DNA of 64,000 nucleotides from Escherichia coli (GTDB lineage Bacteria; Pseudomonadota; Gammaproteobacteria; Enterobacterales; Enterobacteriaceae): NCBI RefSeq assembly GCF_013315695.1, contig NZ_CP054353.1; one strand, 5' to 3'. Shown piece by piece: positions 52,353 to 64,000 of this stretch (position 1 is its first letter; each line of letters starts with the position of its first letter). The notes under the pieces were generated by a model. It saw only the letters and a program-made list of their open reading frames with translations, ran no database searches and was not told where the DNA came from. The position numbers and the translations under genes were made by a program.

Positions 52353-53543
52353 ATGACAACAAACACTGTTTCCCGCAAAGTGGCGTGGCTACGGGTCGTT
52401 ACGCTGGCAGTCGCCGCCTTCATCTTCAACACCACCGAATTTGTCCCAGTTGGCCTGCTCTCTGACATTGCGCAAAGTTTTCACATGCAAACCGCTCAGG
52501 TCGGCATTATGTTGACCATTTACGCATGGGTAGTAGCGCTAATGTCATTGCCTTTTATGTTAATGACCAGCCAGGTTGAACGGCGCAAATTACTGATCTG
52601 CCTGTTTGTGGTGTTTATTGCCAGCCACGTACTGTCGTTTTTATCGTGGAGTTTTACCGTTCTGGTGATCAGTCGCATTGGTGTGGCTTTTGCACATGCG
52701 ATTTTCTGGTCGATTACGGCGTCTCTGGCGATCCGTATGGCTCCGGCCGGGAAGCGAGCACAGGCATTGAGTTTAATTGCCACCGGTACTGCACTGGCGA
52801 TGGTCTTAGGTTTACCTCTCGGGCGCATTGTGGGGCAGTATTTCGGTTGGCGAATGACCTTCTTCGCGATTGGTATCGGGGCGCTTATCACCCTTTTGTG
52901 CCTGATTAAGTTACTTCCCTTACTGCCCAGTGAGCATTCCGGTTCGCTGAAAAGCCTCCCGCTATTATTCCGCCGCCCGGCATTGATGAGCATTTATTTG
53001 TTAACTGTGGTAGTTGTCACCGCCCATTACACGGCATACAGCTATATCGAGCCTTTTGTGCAAAACATTGCGGGATTCAGCGCCAACTTTGCCACGGCAT
53101 TACTGTTATTACTCGGTGGTGCGGGCATTATTGGCAGCGTGATTTTCGGTAAACTGGGTAATCAGTATGCGTCTACGCTGGTAAGTACGGCGATTGCGCT
53201 GTTGCTGGTGTGCCTGGCACTGCTGCTACCTGCGGCGAACAGTGAAATACACCTCGGGGTGCTGAGTATTTTCTGGGGGATCGCGATGATGATCATCGGG
53301 CTTGGTATGCAGGTTAAAGTGCTGGCGCTGGCACCAGATGCTACCGACGTCGCGATGGCGCTATTCTCCGGGATATTTAATATTGGAATCGGCGCGGGTG
53401 CGTTGGTAGGTAATCAGGTCAGTCTGCACTGGTCAATGTCGATGATTGGTTATGTGGGCGCGGTGCCTGCTTTTGCCGCGTTAATATGGTCAATCATCAT
53501 TTTCCGCCGCTGGCCAGTGACACTCGAAGAACAGACGCAATAG
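52353..53543 (+). CDS. ydeA: MFS sugar efflux transporter
   Basis: 396 aa, 12-TM MFS-type ORF. Confidence 0.88.
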   Translation: MTTNTVSRKVAWLRVVTLAVAAFIFNTTEFVPVGLLSDIAQSFHMQTAQVGIMLTIYAWVVALMSLPFMLMTSQVERRKLLICLFVVFIASHVLSFLSWSFTVLVISRIGVAFAHAIFWSITASLAIRMAPAGKRAQALSLIATGTALAMVLGLPLGRIVGQYFGWRMTFFAIGIGALITLLCLIKLLPLLPSEHSGSLKSLPLLFRRPALMSIYLLTVVVVTAHYTAYSYIEPFVQNIAGFSANFATALLLLLGGAGIIGSVIFGKLGNQYASTLVSTAIALLLVCLALLLPAANSEIHLGVLSIFWGIAMMIIGLGMQVKVLALAPDATDVAMALFSGIFNIGIGAGALVGNQVSLHWSMSMIGYVGAVPAFAALIWSIIIFRRWPVTLEEQTQ

Positions 53544-53546
53544 TTG

Positions 53547-53569
53547 AAAGGCCCATTCGGGCCTTTTTT
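53547..53569. terminator. Bidirectional terminator between convergent ydeA and marC
   Basis: AGGCCC-ATTC-GGGCCT hairpin followed by TTTTTTA. Confidence 0.65.
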
Positions 53570-54233
53570 AGTGGTACGTTTTAATGATTTCCAGGATGCC
53601 GTTAATAATAAACTGCACCCCCATACATACCAGCAGGAATCCCATCAGACGGGAGATCGCTTCAATGCCCCCCTTACCCACCAGCCGCATAATTGCGCCA
53701 GAGCTGCGTAGACTTCCCCACAAAATAACCGCCACCAGGAAAAAGATCAGCGGCGGCGCAACCATCAGTACCCAATCAGCAAAGGTTGAACTCTGACGCA
53801 CTGTGGAGGCCGAGCTAATAATCATCGCTATGGTTCCCGGACCCGCGGTACTTGGCATTGCCAGTGGTACAAAAGCAATATTGGCGCTGGGTTCATCTTC
53901 CAGCTCTTCCGACTTGCTTTTCGCTTCCGGTGAATCAATCGCTTTCTGTTGCGGAAAGAGCATCCGAAAACCGATAAACGCGACGATTAAGCCGCCTGCA
54001 ATTCGCAGACCGGGAATCGAAATGCCAAATGTATCCATCACCAGTTGCCCGGCGTAATACGCCACCATCATGATGGCAAATACGTACACCGAGGCCATCA
54101 ACGACTGACGATTACGTTCAGCACTGTTCATGTTGCCTGCCAGGCCAAGAAATAACGCGACAGTTGTTAATGGGTTAGCTAACGGTAGTAACACCACCAG
54201 CCCCAGGCCTATTGCTTTAAACAAATCTAACAT
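53568..54233 (-). CDS. marC: MarC, UPF0056/MarC-family inner membrane protein
   Basis: 221 aa membrane ORF divergent from marRAB. Confidence 0.9.
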   Translation of the reverse strand: MLDLFKAIGLGLVVLLPLANPLTTVALFLGLAGNMNSAERNRQSLMASVYVFAIMMVAYYAGQLVMDTFGISIPGLRIAGGLIVAFIGFRMLFPQQKAIDSPEAKSKSEELEDEPSANIAFVPLAMPSTAGPGTIAMIISSASTVRQSSTFADWVLMVAPPLIFFLVAVILWGSLRSSGAIMRLVGKGGIEAISRLMGFLLVCMGVQFIINGILEIIKTYH

Positions 54234-54336
54234 TGGTGGTTGTTATCCTGTGTATCTGGTTTATCAGCGAAAAGTATAAGGGGTAAACAACGATAAAGTG
54301 TCACTCTTTAGCTAACCTTGCATCGCATTGACCAAA

Positions 54337-54442
54337 ACTTGAACCGATTTAGCAAAACGTGGCATCGGTCAATTCATTCATTTGACTTATACTTGCCTGG
54401 GCAATATTATCCCCTGCAACTAATTACTTGCCAGGGCAACTA
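54337..54442 (+). promoter_or_regulatory. marO: marbox, marRAB promoter and two MarR operator sites
   Basis: TTGACT -35 at 54382-54387; near-repeats TACTTGCCTGGGCAAT (site I) and TACTTGCCAGGGCAAC (site II, overlapping the RBS); marbox-like AGCAAAACGTGGCATC upstream. Confidence 0.8.
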
Positions 54443-54444
54443 AT

Positions 54445-54879
54445 GTGAAAAGTACCAGCGATCTGTTCAATGAAATTATTCCATTGGGTCGCTTAATCCA
54501 TATGGTTAATCAGAAGAAAGATCGCCTGCTTAACGAGTATCTGTCTCCGCTGGATATTACCGCGGCACAGTTTAAGGTGCTCTGCTCTATCCGCTGCGCG
54601 GCGTGTATTACTCCGGTTGAACTGAAAAAGGTATTGTCGGTCGACCTGGGGGCGCTGACCCGTATGCTGGATCGCCTGGTCTGTAAAGGCTGGGTGGAAA
54701 GGTTGCCGAACCCGAATGACAAGCGCGGCGTACTGGTAAAACTTACCACCAGCGGCGCGGCAATATGTGAACAATGCCATCAATTAGTTGGCCAGGACCT
54801 GCATCAAGAATTAACAAAAAACCTGACGGCGGACGAAGTGGCAACACTTGAGCATTTGCTTAAGAAAGTCCTGCCGTAA
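54445..54879 (+). CDS. marR: MarR, multiple antibiotic resistance repressor; carries S103 and H137
   Basis: 144 aa winged-helix ORF (GTG start); [14 protein letters not shown] and ATLEHLL where I recall K-12 as TTGGAA and LEYLL. Confidence 0.92.
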
Positions 54880-54893
54880 ACAAAAAAAGAGGT

Positions 54894-55283
54894 ATGACGA
54901 TGTCCAGACGCAATACTGACGCTATTACCATTCATAGCATTTTGGACTGGATCGAGGACAACCTGGAATCGCCACTGTCACTGGAGAAAGTGTCAGAGCG
55001 TTCGGGTTACTCCAAATGGCACCTGCAACGGATGTTTAAAAAAGAAACCGGTCATTCATTAGGCCAATACATCCGCAGCCGTAAGATGACGGAAATCGCG
55101 CAAAAGCTGAAGGAAAGTAACGAGCCGATACTCTATCTGGCAGAACGATATGGCTTCGAGTCGCAACAAACTCTGACCCGAACCTTCAAAAATTACTTTG
55201 ATGTTCCGCCACATAAATACCGGATGACCAATATGCAGGGCGAATCGCGCTTTTTACATCCATTAAATCATTACAACAGCTAG
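54894..55283 (+). CDS. marA: MarA, AraC/XylS-family activator (canonical start may be the second ATG at 54900)
   Basis: [51 protein letters not shown]. Confidence 0.93.
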
Positions 55284-55314
55284 TTGATAACGTGACAACG
55301 TCACTGAGGCAATC

Positions 55315-55533
55315 ATGAAACCACTTTTATCCGCAATTGCAGCTGCGCTTATTCTCTTTTCCACGCAGGGCATTGCGGAACAAACCACGCAGCCGGTTGT
55401 TACTTCCTGTGCCAATGTCGTGGTTGTTCCCCCATCGCAGGAACAACCACCGTTTGATTTAAATCACATGGGTACTGGCAGTGATAAGTCGGATGCGCTC
55501 GGCGTGCCCTATTATAATCAACACGCTATGTAG
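55315..55533 (+). CDS. marB: MarB, small periplasmic protein
   Basis: 72 aa ORF with signal peptide MKPLLSAIAAALILFSTQGIA; last gene of marRAB. Confidence 0.9.
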   Translation: MKPLLSAIAAALILFSTQGIAEQTTQPVVTSCANVVVVPPSQEQPPFDLNHMGTGSDKSDALGVPYYNQHAM

Positions 55534-55538
55534 TTATT

Positions 55539-55564
55539 GTCAGGCTCTGATCACAGAGCCTGAC
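55539..55564. terminator. Bidirectional terminator between marB and the convergent phospho-beta-glucosidase gene
   Basis: GTCAGGCTCTG-ATCA-CAGAGCCTGAC 11 bp perfect stem. Confidence 0.65.
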
Positions 55565-55589
55565 ATCTCCGTAATATCTTTTTGAAGTC

Positions 55590-58730
<3,141 letters not shown>

Positions 58731-58782
58731 TTATCCTTAAGAGTGTAATAATTTCCTCCAGCTATCGCACTGGAGGAAAAAA

Positions 58783-59100
58783 TCAGGCATGGAGCTCTTT
58801 TCTTAATGAAATGATTTCCCTGGCTAAATCCTGGCATAATATTGCATTCATCAAATGATCCTGTGCATGTACCAGAATGAGATTAACTTTTATTTTGCCA
58901 CAGCCTTCATCCTGACTAATTAACGCGGTCTGAATCTTATGCGCCTGAAGACAGGCGGATTCAGAACTGGCCATTAGCTGAGTTGCGCCCTGCCAGTCTT
59001 TTTGCCCGGCACAACGTATGGCTTCCATCGCATCAGAACGGGCCTGTCCTGCGTTGACCAGTAACTCCATAACAAGTTCTTCATCTGCAAACATCAACAT
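58783..59100 (-). CDS. PTS lactose/cellobiose-family EIIA component
   Basis: 105 aa helical ORF typical of ChbA/LacF-type EIIA. Confidence 0.8.
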   Translation of the reverse strand: MLMFADEELVMELLVNAGQARSDAMEAIRCAGQKDWQGATQLMASSESACLQAHKIQTALISQDEGCGKIKVNLILVHAQDHLMNAILCQDLAREIISLRKELHA

Positions 59101-59121
59101 CTCCTTCCTGTGTAAATGGCA

Positions 59122-60444
59122 TTATCCGTTAGTTGTTAAGTTATTGACCTTGTTGGCGGCAATAACAAAAGGTAAATAGATCATTGTCGCCACACCTAAA
59201 CATAAAAAACCCACCAGTAACGCCAGCCAGTTTCCCCCGGTTCCGAGGAAAGCAATTAAAGGTCCGGGCGTAGTCCAGGGCACGGCATAAGCAACCGGTG
59301 GAATAATTTCCATCGAAACAAAGAAGTAACCAATGGCACAGTTAACAATAGGAACCATAATAAACGGCACCATCATGATGGGGTTAAGTACAATAGGAAG
59401 GCCGAACATTATCGGTTCATTGATATTGAAAATACCGGGGATAAATGACATTTTTGCCAGATCACGGTATTCCGCACGCTTAGAAGCGATAAAAATAGCC
59501 AACAATAACCCCAACGTCATACCTGAACCGCCGCAGTTGGCGAATGCATCATTAATAGAAGTCCAGGTAATCGGATATGGCGCGCCCCAGGTAGTGCCGT
59601 GTTGAGCGACCCAGGAGAGATTCTCCAGATTAGCCTCAGAAAAAACAGTTTCTCGAATTGCCGAGGTGGTATTAGGTCCGTGGATCCCCAGCACCCACAG
59701 GAAATTACCCACAGCCCCCAGGATAATTACCGCAAAGATATTCGTTCCCATATGTTTGAGCGGCGTCTGGATTAATGTGTAAATGAGGTCGTTTAATCCT
59801 GCCGGGGATATCAGTGTCAGGCAATAATTAAGTGCGGAAAAGAACACCATGACAAAAAATATTGGCAATAAAACTTTAAATGAACGCGCTACCGCAGGAG
59901 GTACAGCTGCCGGCATCGTGATGGTGATTTTGGGGTTTCGAGCTAAGCGACAAAATATTTCACTGGTGATCAGTGCAACGATAACAGCAACAAATAACCC
60001 CTGCGCGCCGAGATATTTGGTCGTCAGGAATGCTTGCCCATCTATCATCTGATATGGCGTATATACAATAAAAAATGCTCCTATTGCCGTTAATCCGCAT
60101 AAAAGATCATCTTGCTCATAGCTAATCGCCATATTCCTGGCGACCAGGAAAGCAATCATAATTGACATGATATTTACAGAACCATTCATTACCGGAGTAA
60201 AAATAGCTTGTGCTTTTTCAAGGTTGGGGAAAACGCTGTTCAGATGCAGCAGCCCGGCAATAAAGCCGTCGGGCGATAATATGGCAAAGTTAATTAATAT
60301 AATTAATGAGCTTGCCATGATAATTGGAAACGTAAAAACGAATCCATCTCTCACCGCTGCAACATGTTTTTGTGAGTTTAACTTGATAGCAACTGGAACA
60401 AGAAAACGTTCCATTCCACGTTCGAATGAGGCCATTAATCCCAT
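59122..60444 (-). CDS. PTS lactose/cellobiose-family EIIC permease
   Basis: 440 aa polytopic membrane ORF of ChbC/CelB type. Confidence 0.85.
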   Translation of the reverse strand: MGLMASFERGMERFLVPVAIKLNSQKHVAAVRDGFVFTFPIIMASSLIILINFAILSPDGFIAGLLHLNSVFPNLEKAQAIFTPVMNGSVNIMSIMIAFLVARNMAISYEQDDLLCGLTAIGAFFIVYTPYQMIDGQAFLTTKYLGAQGLFVAVIVALITSEIFCRLARNPKITITMPAAVPPAVARSFKVLLPIFFVMVFFSALNYCLTLISPAGLNDLIYTLIQTPLKHMGTNIFAVIILGAVGNFLWVLGIHGPNTTSAIRETVFSEANLENLSWVAQHGTTWGAPYPITWTSINDAFANCGGSGMTLGLLLAIFIASKRAEYRDLAKMSFIPGIFNINEPIMFGLPIVLNPIMMVPFIMVPIVNCAIGYFFVSMEIIPPVAYAVPWTTPGPLIAFLGTGGNWLALLVGFLCLGVATMIYLPFVIAANKVNNLTTNG

Positions 60445-60527
60445 TTTTTATACCTGTTGTTTTGGATATTTATACATCCCAATAAAGCATGTATGCCATA
60501 TCCATTTTATGATGAGTGAAAAGTTAG

Positions 60528-61722
<1,195 letters not shown>

Positions 61723-61756
61723 TTAGTTCAGGTAATAGTTTAATAAAATTAGATTC

Positions 61757-62068
61757 TTACTCTTGCAGTAGTTTCATCGCAAATTCAAGAACTGCCTGTC
61801 CGTTCATGCTGCCATAGTCTTTCATCTCGATAACAGCTACAGGCATTTTCCCCTGTGCAACAGCTTCAATCTCTGGTTTCTGAAAGCGAACTTGCGGGCC
61901 AAGTAAAACAACGTCAACTTCGTTATTTTTAATTTTCCCTTTAGCCTCTGCAATCGCCAATGCGGAAATATTAACTTCAAGTGAAATAGCGTTAGCATGA
62001 TCAATCATACGTTTAACCAGCATACTGGTTGACATGCCCGCAGCGCAAACTAACAATATCTTTTTCAT
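61757..62068 (-). CDS. PTS lactose/cellobiose-family EIIB component
   Basis: 103 aa ORF MKKILLVCAAGMSTSMLV with the phosphorylatable Cys of ChbB-type EIIB. Confidence 0.85.
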   Translation of the reverse strand: MKKILLVCAAGMSTSMLVKRMIDHANAISLEVNISALAIAEAKGKIKNNEVDVVLLGPQVRFQKPEIEAVAQGKMPVAVIEMKDYGSMNGQAVLEFAMKLLQE

Positions 62069-62266
62069 ATTTTCCCTTACTGGTATATAACAGATTACAT
62101 TGTGTAAATATCATATCCCGCAGTAGCTATACGTCCTGGTACATTGATCACAGTAATACAGCACTAAAGTTGTTCAACATCAGGGTGATAATTAAACGAC
62201 TCGGCCATAGGATAAACCAATCAGGACTCAACTCCTTGTTTTCAATGGCTCTTAAAAGGTGCAAAA

Positions 62267-62965
62267 GTGATTTTTCAAAAGATTGCCCGCTTACTTAAAT
62301 CCGAGATCAATGGCTATTCATGGCATGTTGGTGATTTGTTGCCGTCAGAAGCTGAACTCGCTGTTCGTTATAATGTTTCGCGTAATACCCTGCGTAAGGC
62401 ATTATCCTTGCTGGAAGGCGAAGGAATTATTCATAGAAAGCATGGTTCAGGAACATACATTCAAAAAAAGAATTTTGTTGCACACATTGATCACATGAAC
62501 AGCTTCAGTGAAATTGCGCATAAAAGCGGCAAGGAGGCAGGAAGTCAGATTATGAAATTTGAAGTGCAGGATGCTTCTCCCCCTATTGCGACTGAGCTGA
62601 ATTTAGTGACTGGTGAGCAGGTTTATTACATAAAGAGACTGCGATTCATTGAGGATAATGCAGCACAATTAGAAGAAACGTGGATGTCAGTGGCACGTTT
62701 TCCTGATTTAACCGTAGCACATATGCAAAAATCCAAATTTTCGTATATTGAGAACGAATGCGGGATCAAAATCATTGGCACCTTTGAAACTTTCTCCCCT
62801 ACTTTTCCTACCCCAGAAATCGCCAGTATTTTACGGATCAGCCCACGGGATCCCATACTTAAAATTCAGACCCAGGCTGTGGACAGTAACTCTATTCCGC
62901 TGGATTATTCGTTACTTTACAGCAATATTTTCGAGTTCCAGGTAAAGTACTTTTTCCCGCGATAA
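62267..62965 (+). CDS. GntR-family (HutC/UTRA-type) regulator, divergent from the PTS operon; bgcR-like
   Basis: GTG start; GntR winged HTH (LPSEAELAVRYNVSRNTLRKALSLLEGEGII) plus C-terminal UTRA-like domain. Confidence 0.8.
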   Translation: MIFQKIARLLKSEINGYSWHVGDLLPSEAELAVRYNVSRNTLRKALSLLEGEGIIHRKHGSGTYIQKKNFVAHIDHMNSFSEIAHKSGKEAGSQIMKFEVQDASPPIATELNLVTGEQVYYIKRLRFIEDNAAQLEETWMSVARFPDLTVAHMQKSKFSYIENECGIKIIGTFETFSPTFPTPEIASILRISPRDPILKIQTQAVDSNSIPLDYSLLYSNIFEFQVKYFFPR

Positions 62966-62971
62966 AAGCAG

Positions 62972-63005
62972 ACGCACAGAGTGCTGACATCACATTCTGT
63001 GCGTA
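62972..63005. terminator. Putative bidirectional terminator between the regulator gene and eamA
   Basis: Imperfect inverted repeat GCACAGAGTG ... CATTCTGTGC. Confidence 0.35.
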
Positions 63006-63009
63006 TGGT

Positions 63010-63909
63010 TTAGCCTCTAACCTTTACCGCCTTACGCCACCGCAAGCCAAATACATTGATATACAGCCCGGTCATAATGAGCACCGCACCGAAAAATTGC
63101 AGACCCGTTAAGCGTTCATCCAGCAATAGTGCCGCACTTGCCAGTCCAACTACAGGCACCAGTAACGATAACGGTGCAACCCGCCAGGTTTCATAGCGTC
63201 CCAGTAACGTCCCCCAGATCCCATAACCAACAATTGTCGCCACAAACGCCAGATACATCAGAGACAAGATGGTGGTCATATCGATAGTAACCAGACTGTG
63301 AATCATGGTTGCGGAACCATCGAGAATCAGCGAGGCAACAAAGAAGGGAATGATTGGGATTAAAGCGCTCCAGATTACCAGCGACATCACCGCCGGACGT
63401 GTTGCGTGCGACATGATCTTTTTATTGAAGATGTTGCCACACGCCCAACTAAATGCTGCCGCCAGGGTCAACATAAAGCCGAGCATCGCCACATGCTGAC
63501 CGTTCAGACTATCTTCGATTAACACCAGTACGCCAAAAATCGCTAAGGCGATCCCCGCCAATTGTTTGCCATGCAGTCGCTCACCGAAAGTAAACGCGCC
63601 AAGCACGATAGTAAAAAACGCCTGAGCCTGTAACACCAGTGAAGCCAGTCCAGCAGGCATACCGAAGTTAATGGCACAAAAAAGAAAAGCAAACTGCGCA
63701 AAACTGATGGTTAATCCATACCCCAGCAGCAAATTCAGTGGTACTTTCGGTCGTGCGACAAAAAAGATAGCCGGAAAAGCAACCAGCATAAAGCGCAAAC
63801 CGGCCAACATCAGCGGTGGCATGTTATGAAGCCCCACTTTGATGACCACAAAATTTAGCCCCCATACGACCACTACCAGTAGCGCCAACACCCCATCTTT
63901 TCGCGACAT
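63010..63909 (-). CDS. eamA: EamA (YdeD), O-acetylserine/cysteine exporter of the DMT superfamily
   Basis: Canonical start MSRKDGVLALLVVVVWGLNFVVIKVG (299 aa); two EamA-domain repeats. Confidence 0.9.
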   Translation of the reverse strand: MSRKDGVLALLVVVVWGLNFVVIKVGLHNMPPLMLAGLRFMLVAFPAIFFVARPKVPLNLLLGYGLTISFAQFAFLFCAINFGMPAGLASLVLQAQAFFTIVLGAFTFGERLHGKQLAGIALAIFGVLVLIEDSLNGQHVAMLGFMLTLAAAFSWACGNIFNKKIMSHATRPAVMSLVIWSALIPIIPFFVASLILDGSATMIHSLVTIDMTTILSLMYLAFVATIVGYGIWGTLLGRYETWRVAPLSLLVPVVGLASAALLLDERLTGLQFFGAVLIMTGLYINVFGLRWRKAVKVRG

Positions 63910-64000
63910 TCTACCGCCTCTGAATTTCATCTTTTGTAAGCAATCAACTTAGCTGAATTTACTTTTCTTTAACAGTTGATTCGTTAGTCGCCGATTACGA

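Overview
Enterobacterial (Escherichia/Shigella-type) chromosomal window, mostly core genome that has been heavily remodelled by insertion sequences. I do not see a convincing previously undescribed system. Positions 1-19985 are collinear with the E. coli K-12 rsxCBA-ydgK-cnu-blr-ydgJ-add-malYX/malI-hdhA-uidR-uidABC-ydgA-manA-fumA region (gene identities and K-12 order are from memory of the protein sequences, not a database search). At an IS4 copy (20005-21430) with no target-site duplication, the sequence switches to a different K-12 neighbourhood: a ydeQRS-like fimbrial remnant, a split usher, an AraC fragment, a collapsed hipBA locus, a yneO-like autotransporter, the lsr operon, then tam through marCRAB. 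A 7.4 kb beta-glucoside PTS island (bgc-like, a known operon type) lies between marB and eamA. Six IS copies are present with exact canonical lengths: IS1 x2 (768 bp), IS2 (1331 bp), IS4 x2 (1426 bp) and IS5 (1195 bp). At least seven genes are inactivated: uidA, uidB, uidC, lsrK, the usher, the autotransporter and hipA. No CRISPR array, tRNA or rRNA was seen. The most interesting items are the IS4 rearrangement junction, the IS5-split bgc-like island, the hipBA collapse, and the selective loss of uidA and lsrK. Coordinates may be off by 1 in places.
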